A DNA stretch of 64,000 nucleotides from Octopus vulgaris (GCA_951406725.2 OX597837.1:19468001-19532000); one strand, 5' to 3'. Positions 1-13,168 are shown, numbered from the stretch's first letter. Notes: generated from the sequence alone by a model not told the origin. Numbers and translations are program-made.

Positions 1-107
1 ATTTATGGGTGCGTATGTATGTACGTATGTATGGATGGATGGATATATATGCTTATGCATCTATGCGTGTATATATTTGTATACATGTATGTGTGTATGT
101 ATCTATA

Positions 108-140
<33 letters not shown>

Positions 141-330
141 GTATATGTGTGAGCATATATATATATATATAAACGTATGTATACTATCACATCTATATAT
201 GTATGTATGTATGCATGTATGCATGTATCTATCTATATGTATGCACATACATACATATACATATACATACATATATATTATATATATATATATAATATAC
301 ATATATATATATATTGTATATATATAAATA

Positions 331-363
<33 letters not shown>

Positions 364-434
364 ATATATAATATATATATGTATGTATATGTATATATAT
401 ATATGTGTGTATATATATATATAATATATGTATA

Positions 435-520
<86 letters not shown>

Positions 521-710
521 TATATATATATGTATGTATGTATAAACAAGTATGAATAAACATTTATACTTATGTGCGTGTGATTATATATGTTTGTTGT
601 GTGCTGTGTTGTGCGTGTGCGCGCGTGCATGTGTGTATGTGTGCGTGAGTGTGTATCTGTGTGTATCTGTGTGTGTGTGTGTGCGTGTGTGTGTGTGTGT
701 GTGCGTGCGT
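1..710. repeat. (TA)n/(TG)n/(TATG)n compound microsatellite
   Basis: Directly visible di- and tetranucleotide runs; overlapping ORFs are YI/VC low-complexity translations. Confidence 0.95.
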
Positions 711-834
711 TTCTATAGTCCGCTGTGAAAATCTACACGTGTGGCGTAATTGAATCTCCAGTGATGGAATGTTGTTTTGAAGCTGTGTTATAGAAAAGAG
801 GAAGTTTTGTCATGTCACCGGTAGCAGGGGCAGA

Positions 835-1880
835 GGTCAACTGGTGCTGATGGATGCAATTCTGGTGGTGGGGGTAGTAGTGGTGGCGGTGGCGGCGCGC
901 GGTGCTAGTGGCGTGTTCTTATAGCAGAGGTAGTGTTGGTGGTGGTTGTGGTGGCCTGTTGATGTGTTAGTGTGTTTGTTCCATGGTGGTGGTGGTGGTG
1001 GTGGTGGTGGTGGTGGTAATGATGTGATTTTGTAATTGTTGTGTAGTGTTGATGTGGTCGCGGTGGTTGTCATGGTGGTGGTTGTGGTGGTAGTGGCTGT
1101 CGTGGTAGTGGTGGCGGCGGGATAGTACTGGTAGTGTCGGTGGTAGTGGTGGTGGTGGTAGTGATGGTGGTGGTAGTGGTGGTGGTGGTGGTGGTGGTTG
1201 TCATGGTAGTGTCGGTGGTAGCGGTGGTAGTGGTAGTGGTGGTGCTGTTTGTGATTTGGTGGAGATGATGTAGCGGTGGTTGTGTTTCTAGTGGCAACGG
1301 TGGCGTTGGTTTGGTGGAGGAATGGTTATGAGGGCGGTGTGCTGGTGGGATTGTTGTGGTACTTGTTGCGGTGGTAACCGTTGATGCGTGGTATTGGTGG
1401 TGATGATGGTGGTAGTGGTGATGGTTGTTATGGTGGTTGTGGTTATGGCGGTGGTGGTGGTAATGATGGTGGTAGCGGCGGCAGCGGTTGTGGTGTTGAT
1501 AATGGTTGCAGTGGTAGTGATCGGAACACACATGTTGCTGCTGTGGTAGTCGGTTACTGTGTATGGAAAGTGGTGGTGGTGGTCGCTGGCGGGTAGTATT
1601 CGGGTGGGGGTGGCATGTTGAAGTGATAGTGTAGGGGCTAGTGGTGATGGTATGGTGGTGGTGGTTGTAGTAACGCAACAATGATGTTGTAGTGGTGAGA
1701 GTGTTAGTGTCATTGTGATAGTACAGGGGTAGTGGAGATGGTGATCGTACTGGTGTTGTTGCCCTAGTGGCAGTAGAAGTTTGGTGGTAGTGATAATAGT
1801 TTAGTTGTGGTGGTAGTGTTGGTGGTAGTGCTGGTGGTAGTGCTGGTGGTAGTGTTAGTGGTAGTATAATACTGTTGATG
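835..1880. repeat. degenerate (GGT/GTA)n low-complexity tract
   Basis: G/T-rich triplet repeats; similar tracts at about 2305-2420, 4765-5520 and 62255-62900. Confidence 0.85.
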
Positions 1881-1897
1881 GCAGCAATATTTTCTCC

Positions 1898-2090
1898 TTG
1901 TTTAGCCCTGGGATAACTCTAATCAAACTGAACCGTGATCAAGAGTATTCCAACCGTGACCACTCCGTTATTTTAGGTGTGTCGAAGACAATAAACTATA
2001 ACGTGTTCTTCGCTTTTTATTTCAGTCGACAGGGGTGTTATTTGAGTTGTGTTTGGCTACTATTTCTAGGAGATTGAACGACCACGTAGT
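1898..2090 (+). repeat. old interspersed repeat family (TGTTTAGCCCyrGG ... TTTGGCTGCTATTTCTAGCA motifs)
   Basis: Same ordered motifs recur at about 3208-3420, 6525-6720, 42380-42440, 42655-42685 (-) and 62900-63080. Confidence 0.6.
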
Positions 2091-2752
2091 GAGTTCTTGT
2101 TATTGCTGTTGTTAGTGTTGTTGTTGTTGTTGGTGGTGCTGTTGGTAGTGGTGGTCGCGGTGGATAGTGGTGGATAGTGCGACATACCTAGTGAAGAGTT
2201 GTTAGGCTGGAAACGGATGCAAGGTATTTGTGATGGGGGAACAAGAGGGATTTGAGTCAAGAGAGAAGGGATGGGCATGGAAAGAAAGACAGTAAATGAG
2301 CGACTGTAGTAGTGGTGGTGGTGATGATGGTGGTATTGGTGGTGTTGGTGTTGGTAGTGGTGTTGGTGGTGTTGGTGGTGGTGTTGGTGGTGGTGGTGGT
2401 TGTGATGGTAGCTATTGTTATTTGAAGAAATGATAGTCGTAATAGTTGCTTGATAGGTGAAATAACCAGTATTAGGGTGAAGGAAAGAAGGGAGGAGGGA
2501 GAGAAAGACAGGGAGGTGGAGAGAGAAGGGGAGAGGAATAAGAGAAAGAGAGAGGAGTAAGAGAAGGAGAGAAGAGTGAGAGGAGAGGAGAGGAGAGGGA
2601 GAGATGGGAGAGATGGGACCAAGCGAGAAAAATAGAAAGTGGATTAAATTGATAGAAAGATAGATAGATAAATGAATAGATAGATAGATTAATCGATCGA
2701 TCGATAGATTGATTGATAGGTAGGTAGATAGATAGATAGATAGATAGGTAGG

Positions 2753-2812
<60 letters not shown>

Positions 2813-2819
2813 TGGAGAG

Positions 2820-2852
<33 letters not shown>

Positions 2853-2857
2853 TAGAG

Positions 2858-2895
<38 letters not shown>

Positions 2896-2948
2896 GTAGG
2901 CAGGTATATAGCTAAATAGACATATATACAGGCAGACTGACAGACAGG

Positions 2949-2980
<32 letters not shown>

Positions 2981-3207
2981 TAGATCGATATATAGATAGA
3001 TAGATGGGTAGATAGGCAGAGGGGTATCTAGCTAAATAGACAGTAATTCAATGTGGAAGTTGCAACGTTTAGAAAAAGAAGTGACAGGTGAAAATAGAGA
3101 GATTTTGAGCAACAGTAAGAGCGTAGAAAAAGAGAGGGAAAGAGAGATAGAGAGAGAAAGAAGGAAAGAAAGAGAGAGATGGGGGGAGAGTAAATTGAAG
3201 ATAATTT

Positions 3208-3420
3208 GTCGCTGTTTAGCCCCAGGCCAGCTCCTCATTGAGCACTCCTATCATGAAAAGTGTGCCAACCCTGATCATCAATTTTCTTTTTTTGTTTCTT
3301 TGTTTTTGTCATAGTAAATCTAGGACTACATGTGTTCTAAGCTGTTTCGTTGTGTAGGATGGCTATTGGGGCTATTTGACTGTTGTTTCTAGCATCTCAA
3401 GCGATCACTTAGAGGCACTC
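3208..3420 (+). repeat. old interspersed repeat family, second copy
   Basis: tgtttagccccaggccag ... tttgactgttgtttctagca matches the 1898-2090 copy. Confidence 0.55.
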
Positions 3421-3558
3421 TCTTAGAAATGTCCCTGAGAGATATAGGAAGAGGTTGGAATAAAAAGTAGCGAAAGATAGGAAGAGAAAGGGAGAGAGAG
3501 AGAGAGAGAGAGAAAGAAAGAGACAGAGAGAGAAGGGCAGTGCACATATATATATATA

Positions 3559-3605
<47 letters not shown>

Positions 3606-4014
3606 GTATATGCATATACACACAGACACATAAATACAGACACATATATGTACATATATATACTTATATATGTATATATAGACACATAAAATATATATAC
3701 ATATATTGTTTACACACACATATGCACATATGCACATATGTATCCTTATATTTACATGTATATATATATATATATATATACATTTGCGCAAATACATATA
3801 TACATAATTATACACACACAAATACACACATATAGGTATAGTGTGTGTTTGTATATATATATATATACATATGTGCATGCAGCTATAGATATATGCATAC
3901 ACACACAGATATACATATACATATATACATATGTATACACACACACACATATATATATGCATACATCTATAGGTATATGTATATATATGTATAGATATGT
4001 GTGTGTGTGTGCTG

Positions 4015-4048
<34 letters not shown>

Positions 4049-4077
4049 TATGTATTATGCATATATATATATATTAT

Positions 4078-4152
<75 letters not shown>

Positions 4153-4355
4153 AATATATTATGCACATATATATATATATGTATGTATTATGCGTATATA
4201 TATATATATATATTATACACACACACATATATATATTCGCGCGTGTGTCTGTGAGTGTATACACGCACACACAGATACATAGATAGATACATATATAAAC
4301 AGAGAAAATGACAGTGGGTGAGAGAGGGAGGAAGAGAAGGAATTGTATGTGTGTG

Positions 4356-4403
<48 letters not shown>

Positions 4404-5116
4404 TAAGATAAGAAAGGGGTAGAAAATTGAGGTAATTACAAGAGAGAGATAGGAGGAAGGAGTCGAGGTATTGAGGGACGAAACAGAAGGGGAGGAAGAG
4501 TGATAGAGTGAGAGGAGTATAATGAGTGGTAGGCAGAGAGCAAGACAGAGAGAGAGAGAGAGAGAGCGAGAGACGGAGAGAGAGAGAGAGGAATGAAGAA
4601 GGAGATGAAGAGGAAGGAAGATGCATAGAGAGAGAGGGGTTAGTAAGAGAGTAAGGGAGTAAAACCATAAACAACATTGTGTGACCTTGATCTTTATTGA
4701 TCCTCCATTGAAACTTGTTTGTTTCTCATACTGTTGGTAGGAGGTGTAGGAAGAGGTAAGCATAGTAAGGGTGGTAGTAGTAGTTGTAGTAGTAATAGTA
4801 GTAGTATTAGTGGTGGCGGTAGCTCTAGTGGTAGTAGTAGTGGTGGTAGTTGATATAGTGGTCGTAGAAGTGGTTGCAGAAGTAGTAATAGTAGTAGTAA
4901 TAGCAGTGTTTGTAATTGTAGTTGTATAGGTGGTGGTGGTCGTGGTTGTAGTAGTAGTAGTAGTAGTAGTAGTTAGTTGTTGTAGTGGTGTAGAAATGGT
5001 AGTAGTAGTAGTAGTAGTAGTAGTTATGGTTGAGGTGATGGTGGTGGTTGTTGTGCTAGTGGTTTATATAAAGATCCGATTATGGTAGTGGTGGTTGTGA
5101 CTATGTTTGTAATTTC

Positions 5117-5154
<38 letters not shown>

Positions 5155-5587
5155 CGGTGTTGGTGATGGTGGTGGTAGTGGTTGAAGTGTTGGTCGTGTA
5201 GATGGTGGACACTAGTGATGGTGGTAGCGTTGAGGCAGTAGTATCAGTAGTAGTATATTTAGTGTATTGCGTTGGTGGTAGTGGTAGGTGGTTTTATGGG
5301 TGATGGTTGTGTTTTGTGTTGTAGGTGTTAGTGCGTGGGGGTGGGGCTGAGTGATGGTGATGGTGATGGTAGTGGTGTGGGTGAAGATGATCTGTTGATT
5401 GTGCGGGTGGTAGTACGGTAGCAACATCATAGTGTGGGTGGTAGTGTGGTAGGGCTGCCGCTAATGACAGGTGGTGAGTCTTACAAGGGGGAGGGTGATG
5501 GTGATGGTGGCGGTGGGGGATTTCTTGGAATATTTGTGATGGCGATGAGGGGTGGACAACAAGCGTGGCTATAGTGTTGGTTCGCTG

Positions 5588-6050
5588 AGCGAGCCGGCAG
5601 AATCGTTAGTGCACGGCAGCGGACGAAGTGCACGGCGGCATTTGCATCCGTCTTTACATTCTAAGTTCAAACTCCGCTGAGCTAAACTTCCGGAGTCGAT
5701 AAACTTGGTACCAGTTGAGTCGATGTAATCGCATTACCCCCTCTCCAGATTGGCTGGCATTGTACTAAAATGTGAAACCAGTTAGTAGAATCGTTAGCAC
5801 GTCGGGCAAAATGCTTAGCGGTATTTCGTCTGCGTTACGTTGTGAGTTCAAATTCCGCCGAGGTCGACTTTACCTTTCAGCCTTTCGGGGTCGATCAAAT
5901 AAATACTGGGGTCGATGTAATCGAACGCTGTCCTTGTTTGCTGTATTTACCGATAAAGAAATCGATTCATCTCCGTCCCTACGTTCAAAATTGCTGAGGT
6001 CGACTTGTCAGCCTTTCGGGGTCGATAAAATAAAATTTGAAACTGAAATC
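5588..6050 (+). mobile_element. tandem array of tRNA-derived SINE with Meta-like central domain (about 3 units)
   Basis: Head ggcagaatcgttag, B-box gagttcaaattcc, central ctttcagcctttcggggtcgat(aaa) block resembling the MetaSINE domain; repeated head to tail. Confidence 0.7.
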
Positions 6051-6051
6051 G

Positions 6052-6114
<63 letters not shown>

Positions 6115-6137
6115 GTCATCATCATCATCATCGTATC

Positions 6138-6169
<32 letters not shown>

Positions 6170-6180
6170 TATTATTATTA

Positions 6181-6237
<57 letters not shown>

Positions 6238-6238
<1 letters not shown>

Positions 6239-6437
6239 GGCAGTGAACTGGAAGAATTGGTTGAATGCCGGGCAAAATTACGTCTTTGCGTTTTGAGTTC
6301 AAATTCCACTGCGGTCAACTTTGCTTTTCATCCTTTTGGAGTCACTAAAATAAGCACCAGTTGAGCACTGGGGTCGATGTAATCAACTTAAAACCCTCCA
6401 CCTAAATTGCTGGCCTTGTGCCAAAATTTGAAACCAA
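6238..6437 (+). mobile_element. tRNA-derived SINE with Meta-like domain
   Basis: gagttcaaattcc B-box, ctttgcttttcatccttttggagtc, tail ctggccttgtgccaaaatttgaaacca. Confidence 0.7.
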
Positions 6438-6885
6438 TTTAATATTGTTAGTAGTATTAGTGGTTGACCTTCTAAACTGTAGCAGCCGTAGTAGTATTAA
6501 TAGTTGCTTTTGTTGGCAGTGGTGGTGATGTTGGACCCCAGGCCAGCTTCGGTCAAGCGGCAACCCTCTCACAGGTGGACACCATGCTGTCTTTCTTTCG
6601 TGGCATAGTGTAACCTGGGCTACGTTATCCAATGTACCTTTCCTTCAGGCGGTAGAGTGAGATTTGAGATTGATTCAGCCGCTATTTCTAGCAATGAAGT
6701 GATGAAGTCGGCTCATGTCGTTTTTTCTGCTGTTGTTGTAATTGAACTGCTGGTCAGTCTTGACCTTTGATAAAAATATATTCCAGTCGTGATCATCTAG
6801 TGTTTTCGTGTTCAAGGATATCATTAGCACGTTGCCCAATGTGGTAGTGGTGCTATTGGATATAGGAAAGTGAGTGTATATAGGC

Positions 6886-6930
<45 letters not shown>

Positions 6931-7057
6931 ACATGCATATGTTCATATACATACATACGCGAACGCGCGCGTGTGTATGTGTGTGTGTGTATGTGATTCT
7001 GTGTAGGTATTTGTACATAAAGCTTGCGAAACATTAAATCTCATGGAGCAGAAACAA

Positions 7058-7399
7058 CTACTGATTGGAAGTGTTATCATGTACATTGTTTTGTCTTGGT
7101 ATAAAAGATTGGCTACAGCAAATATTCTGCTCAAAACCACAGATTTGCTTGTCATTTGTTTGACCTTAACCAGTTGAGCATGTCCCTTAGTGGCTGACGA
7201 TATGTGCATCTCTGATTACGAGCAGAAGTAGAGGGGGAACATCATAGTCATGTGTTGAGAAGAATTCTTTGGCGTTTGAATAATTCACCTCTGGAAACAT
7301 GGGTGTTTCGTTCATCATCCTTAAACAAACCTTATTCAAGGACTATCTGAGTGGGATGGGCTACTCGACCTGAAGAAAATTCTAACTGGATCCCACCTG

Positions 7400-7400
<1 letters not shown>
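7058..7400 (+). repeat. partial copy of the ~555-bp (TAA)n-associated non-coding module
   Basis: Closely similar to about 49768-50110 and the overlapping part of 26464-26923. Confidence 0.85.
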
Positions 7401-7666
<266 letters not shown>

Positions 7667-7689
7667 AAGAAGAAGAAGAAGAAGAAGAA

Positions 7690-8235
7690 ACGACAATGTG
7701 GCCAGATATGTCCACTGGTTGTTGTGCGAACCTCGAGAGAGATGAACAATGGTATGAACACAAACCAGAGGGAGTAATGGCAAATAAACATTACAAAATA
7801 CTCTGGAATTTTAACAGACAGTGCGACCAAGTCATAGAGGCGAATCGTGCTCAACCATAAAAACGAAAAAGAAGCAAAGATAATAGATGTTGCAATACCA
7901 GGCGATTCGAGGGTGAAATGTAAGGAAACCGAAAAGGGTGAGAAATACCAGCCACTGCAGGACGCGATAGGAAAGTTATGGGGCATGAAGAAAGTAATGG
8001 TGATACCGGTGGTAATTGGAGAATTGGAAGCAGTTTCCAAGAGATTTGAAAAGCATATTAAGAATGTTGGAGCTGCTGTCAGGGTCGAAGTGATCCAGAA
8101 GACAGCATTGTTGAGTACAACTCGCATTCTAAGGAGAGTATTGTCTCTTTGAGTTACAAGAGAAGGCACTACTTGAAATCTTTGGTGAAATCTTTTGCCT
8201 CCTTTCAAGTAAAGAACAACCAGTAATTAAGAACT
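7690..8235 (+). pseudogene. R4/Dong-like retrotransposon, restriction-like endonuclease C-terminal fragment
   Basis: ORF 7847-8152: IIDVAIPGD...KYQPL...KLW...PVVIGELEAV...IQKTALLSTTRILRRVL; upstream part is frameshifted. Confidence 0.8.
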
Positions 8236-8574
8236 CTGAGAGAGATGGGCCAATGGATATCGTACCACTCAAATATGATTCAGAAATTGAGAAATCGATA
8301 TTTCTATCAGTGAGAAAACGTAATCGTTTTCGTATAAAATTGTAACTTAAAAACTGATGATGTCATTCCATCAACGTGTGGACGCTGGTTGCTCTCGTTC
8401 ATACTTTACGTTTAAATTTCTGTAATTTTAAATTTTTATCACTTCTTATTTTGAACTTGGACAAAGACAGACGTGCAGTTGAAATATCGTTCAACTAATA
8501 AAATATCTCACAATTTAGTCGCGCTCTTCGTCTTGACTGTTTACCTTTGTGAAGAGTTACGTCACTCGTTTTAA

Positions 8575-8577
<3 letters not shown>

Positions 8578-8645
<68 letters not shown>

Positions 8646-8667
8646 CAACAACAACAACAACAACAAC

Positions 8668-8738
<71 letters not shown>

Positions 8739-8773
8739 CAACAACAACAACAACAACAATAATAATAATAATA

Positions 8774-8868
<95 letters not shown>

Positions 8869-8881
8869 AATAATAATAATA

Positions 8882-8923
<42 letters not shown>

Positions 8924-8935
8924 GATAATAATAAT
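8578..8935. repeat. (AAT)n/(AAC)n compound triplet microsatellite
   Basis: Directly visible alternating AAT and AAC blocks. Confidence 0.95.
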
Positions 8936-9419
8936 GAGACGCCATGACAATTCGGCAAGAATGGTCCATTGGAAGCTCTGTGGAAATTACGGCCTACAAA
9001 GAGCAAAGACGTTGTATGAGTTAACTCGAGGAGTTACCAAAAATGAGAATTGCAAAATCCTGTGCGATCACCCGACCAGACATCGAAAACCGACATTATT
9101 GGGGTGAATAAAAAAGAAAGAACATAAATAAACAACTGTGACGATCTGAAGTGAGAAATACGAAGGCTGCGGTCAATGAGGAGAGTAGACGTGATACAAA
9201 TAGTAATTGGTGCGTTTGGATTCAACTACCAACATGGCTGAGAAAGATTGGTGCAGGTGTGAAGGTAGAACACATAGAAAACCCAGCATTGCTTGGAACT
9301 GCAAGAATTCTTCGCAGGGTTCTTGAAGCATGACCAGTAAACAAGTGTCAGCTTAGTCTGCTTGCTGTGGTCAGGTGACACTTTCCATCATACCCAGTAA
9401 AATGAGCTGTGTTTTCATA
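8936..9419 (+). pseudogene. degenerate R4/Dong-like 3' fragment
   Basis: RHDN...VHWKLC motif at the start and ...ALLGTARILRRVLEA* at 9151-9333. Confidence 0.7.
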
Positions 9420-9591
9420 GAAGAAGAAGAAGAAGAAGAAGAAGAAGAAGAAGAAGAAGAAGAAGAAGAAGAAGAAGAAGAAGAAGAAGAAGAAGAAGAA
9501 GAAGAAGAAGAAGAAGAAGAAGAAGAAGAAGAAGAAGAAGAAGAAGAAGAAGAAGAAGAAGAAGAAGAAGAAGAAGAAGAAGAAGAAGAAG

Positions 9592-10320
9592 AAGATAAAG
9601 CAAAATTCCAATAATGGCTGAGAAGCTCAGGACTGAATGCAGAGACTGAAGGATTTTTAATTGCAACAACAAGACCAAAGCTTCTCCAGCAGAAATTATC
9701 AAAAATATATAATGAAAAGAAACATAAAAAGTAACTGCAGAATATATGGAGATGGACAAGAAACAATAAACCATATTGTCTCAGGCTTCCCAGTGCTGCC
9801 TAAGAAGGAATATATTCAGATACGACAGAGTTGGGACCTATATACACAGGAAGCTATGCCAACACTATGGAATAACAACAGAAAAATAGATGGTATGGGC
9901 ATACGCCAAAAAAGGTCACAGAAAATGAGAAAGCAACCATATTCTGGGATATACCAATACACACAGATAGAGAAATTAAGGCCAATAGGCCGGATACAGT
10001 TGTCAGAGATCATCAAGAGAAAAAAAATGCTTTCTAATTGATCTATCAATACCAACAGATAACAACGTTTCTCTAAAAGAAATGGAGAAACTTTCAAAAC
10101 ACAAAGACCTGGAAATAGAGGTAACTCGACTGAAGAGTCAAAAAACAGAAACATTTTCTATCATAGTAGGCGCATTAGGTATGATAAGAAATATTCAGAC
10201 AAATACATAATAAAAAACACCAGGACTAACAAATATATATAACATACAGAAAACAGCACTATTGGGCACTGCACACAGTAGTGTAGTGAAAGCACGAGAT
10301 AAAAATAAGATTACTGAATA
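9592..10320 (+). pseudogene. R4/Dong-like family A, frameshifted 3' fragment
   Basis: High nucleotide similarity to about 28045-28855 (WLRSSGL.AETEGFLIA...); preceded by (GAA)n at 9419-9594. Confidence 0.85.
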
Positions 10321-10346
10321 ACAACAACAACAACAACAGTAATAAT

Positions 10347-10730
10347 GATTTCTTTATTAACCACTTGGGTTTACATTAAGAAAAACATTATGTACAGTCC
10401 AGAACAAAACAAAGAATGTTTGTGTGTATGTGTGTGAGTGTATGTTGTGAGGGTTTTGCGTGTAAACAAAACTAAGAAATTTTTTTTAAAAAGGGGTAAG
10501 AAATCAATAATGTGTTATCCTCAACAGGGAGGAGATGTTCGGGGCCTGCTCATTGAAAAACCCCATAAAAAGCCATGGATATCCTGACTTTTGGTGCAGG
10601 TGCCTTTTGTCTTTTCCTTTTTTCCAACTACAGGCGTGTACTTAGGGCAGTCCAGTTCACTCGTACCATTCTCGCCACTTTCATCCACCTTTGGTTGAGG
10701 ACCAACTGAAGGACACAACCTTCTACTGTG
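10347..10730 (-). mobile_element. 3' end of an L1/Tx1-like LINE
   Basis: Minus strand encodes ...QRWMKVARMVRVNWTALSTRL* and ends gtggttaataaagaaa, like the copy at 37178-37627. The clade assignment is inference. Confidence 0.5.
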
Positions 10731-10758
10731 AATACCCTCAAATATAGACCACCACATC

Positions 10759-12483
10759 ATGAAAAAGATCAACTTGATTTCAAAACACTACAACTCACTT
10801 ACCGATAATGAAAGAGACTACATCACCAATTTCGAACCAAAACCCAGCAACTTCTACGGCTTACCGAAAATACATAAATCAAAAGATATTCAACCTGCAG
10901 TAAAAGAACAAGAAAGTGAGTACATAAAATTACTACATCCAAAAGACCTAAAACTTAGACCTATTATAGCTGGTCCAGCATGCCCTACCCACCGTCTAAG
11001 CAATTTTATTGACATTGTTTTGAAACCACTATGTACTTACATACCCAGTTTCATCAGGGATGACATCGACTTCCTGTCCCATCTTCCCAAAACAACAGAA
11101 ACAAATTCAGTTTTACTAAGTTTTGATGTGGTAAGCCTCTACACCAATATTCCACGCGATTTAGGAATAAAGGCGATTAAATACTGGTTAGAAAAACATA
11201 GAGAAGTGATTCCCAGCAGATTCACAGTGCCATTTATATTAGACACAGTCAAACGTATTCTAGAAAACAACACATTCTTCTTCAATGGAAAGAACTACAT
11301 CCAAATTAGAGGCACGGCGATGGGAACGAGGTTTGCTCCCGTTTACGCCAACTCTGTAATGGGATACCTAGAACAACAACTCTACCAAGAGGTGGAGGTA
11401 AACTATGGCACTGAATTTAGAAAGTATATTGAAAAGGCATGGAAGAGATACCTTGACGACTGCATCATAATCTGGACAGAATCTCTAAGTACTCTGGAAG
11501 AGTTCAATATCCTCCTGAACAACCTACACCCATCTCTCCAATTTACAAAGGAGATGAGTAGTACCAAATTACCATTCCTAGATATAATGGTAATTAAAAA
11601 GGACACCACCATCACCACAGATATATACTATAAACACACAGACACACATCAATACCTGAATTTTAAGTCGTGCCATCCACCACATACAAAACGCAACATC
11701 CCATACTGCCTAGCCAGAAGAATTTGTACCATTGTAGAAGATGCAAATATCAGGAACAAACGCCTAACAGAACTAAGAGAATTTTTGCTCAAACAAAAAT
11801 ACCCATCTCTACTTATAGAAAATAGCATACAGCGGGCTATAAAAATACCCCTACAACAACTTAGGGCAACCCAAGGAAGAGGAAAGCAAGAACAAATCAT
11901 ACCATTCATAGTGACACACAACCCATGTCACCAGAATATCTTCAACATTGCCAAACCAAACCTACCAATCATTGCTCAAAGTAATGAATTAAAAGATATA
12001 ATGACGGATCAAGCTATGGTTCTTAGTAAAAGACAGCCTAAAAACTTGAAGAAATTACTAACAAAGGCAAAATTTGACCTTAGCAACAAAGACCAAACAT
12101 TCACTGTATCTAAATGCAATGATAGCCGATGTGGCACATGCCAATTTATACATACCGGCCAATATATAAACGCAAAAACCGGGAAAATATTCACAAACTG
12201 GAATATGAACTGCAAAAGCAAAAATTTAATTTACTGCATCAAATGCCCAAATTGTGAAGAAATATATGTAGGTCAGACGGGAAATGCACTATCAGAACGC
12301 TCATGTGTACACCGAGACCCAGAGGTTCGTCAGATACCTTTGAGTAACCACCTAGCAACATGTGGTCGGAAAATATATATAATATTTCCATTCTACAAAT
12401 TACACAGCCCAAGTGAAATCGAGAGGAAAATCAGAGAAAAGAATTTTATTGATAAATTCGAACCCAAGCTAAATAAGCAATAA
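10759..12483 (+). CDS. Penelope-like element (probably Neptune-type) reverse transcriptase + GIY-YIG endonuclease, 5'-truncated
   Basis: 574-aa open frame with FYGLPKIHK, LRPII, SFDVVSLYTNIP, GTAMGTRFAP.YAN, RYLDD, LPFLD, YYK.TD; Cys-rich linker CNDSRCGTC; LIYCIKCPNCEEIYVGQT. Confidence 0.92.
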   Translation: MKKINLISKHYNSLTDNERDYITNFEPKPSNFYGLPKIHKSKDIQPAVKEQESEYIKLLHPKDLKLRPIIAGPACPTHRLSNFIDIVLKPLCTYIPSFIRDDIDFLSHLPKTTETNSVLLSFDVVSLYTNIPRDLGIKAIKYWLEKHREVIPSRFTVPFILDTVKRILENNTFFFNGKNYIQIRGTAMGTRFAPVYANSVMGYLEQQLYQEVEVNYGTEFRKYIEKAWKRYLDDCIIIWTESLSTLEEFNILLNNLHPSLQFTKEMSSTKLPFLDIMVIKKDTTITTDIYYKHTDTHQYLNFKSCHPPHTKRNIPYCLARRICTIVEDANIRNKRLTELREFLLKQKYPSLLIENSIQRAIKIPLQQLRATQGRGKQEQIIPFIVTHNPCHQNIFNIAKPNLPIIAQSNELKDIMTDQAMVLSKRQPKNLKKLLTKAKFDLSNKDQTFTVSKCNDSRCGTCQFIHTGQYINAKTGKIFTNWNMNCKSKNLIYCIKCPNCEEIYVGQTGNALSERSCVHRDPEVRQIPLSNHLATCGRKIYIIFPFYKLHSPSEIERKIREKNFIDKFEPKLNKQ

Positions 12484-13150
12484 TAATAATACTTAGAGGT
12501 ACTACTTCTACTGCTACGACCATGACCACTAACAACAACAACAATACTAAAGGTGATCAAGATGAAGATAGCAGGAAAATTATCTTATTTAGTGTTAAAA
12601 GTTCTATTGCTACCACCACCACCACTAGCAACAATAATTAAGGTGCTGACAATGATGATGATGACAATTGAAATATAAAAATCCCTGACAAAGGCTATTT
12701 ACAACATTTCTAAAAATAGCCCAACAATTGCTGCCTCGGCCAGGGTTAAGATACAGGACTCTTGACATGTCCAACAAAGCGTGACGCCTAAACTAACCAA
12801 TCAGCTTAAGTAATTGAGTGATGTTACACACTGATTGGTCAGAATACAGTTTGCAAAACCTAGCAATCTGGAGCCCACACAGGTATATTTAAGGCACAGA
12901 TTTAACAGTCGCTACAGTCAAAAATTGTGAAGCATAACTGTCACCACTACTACATGAACCTGAAGATTACATAATTCAATGCATGAAAATACTAGTTCAA
13001 TCAGAATGAACATTTAACATTCTATTATTTTATTTTATTTTATTATATTATATTATCTTATATTATATCATTATAAGATTGTAAATAAAACGTGAAAATC
13101 AGACAAGGTTGGAATTCCTTTTATTAATATATTCTTCTATACACAATCAC
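12484..13150 (+). mobile_element. 3' UTR / pseudo-LTR of the Penelope-like element
   Basis: Lies downstream of the ORF; CCAAT/ATTGG boxes near 12797 and 12834, a hammerhead-like motif, AATAAA near 13084, then (TA)n. Confidence 0.6.
12955..12999 (+). ncRNA. minimal type I hammerhead ribozyme-like motif in the Penelope pLTR
   Basis: tgaac-CTGAAGA-[ttacat aattca atgca]t-GAAA-atac-TA-gttca; perfect 5-bp stem I and canonical core, imperfect stems II and III. Confidence 0.55.
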
Positions 13151-13168
13151 GTATATATATAAATATAT

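Noticed and set aside
3-5430. Many ORFs rich in YI, HT, T, P or H
   Set aside because: They are translations of di-, tri- and tetranucleotide repeats with no domain content.
8312-8390. CTGATGA motif
   Set aside because: No appropriately placed GAAA or closing stems.
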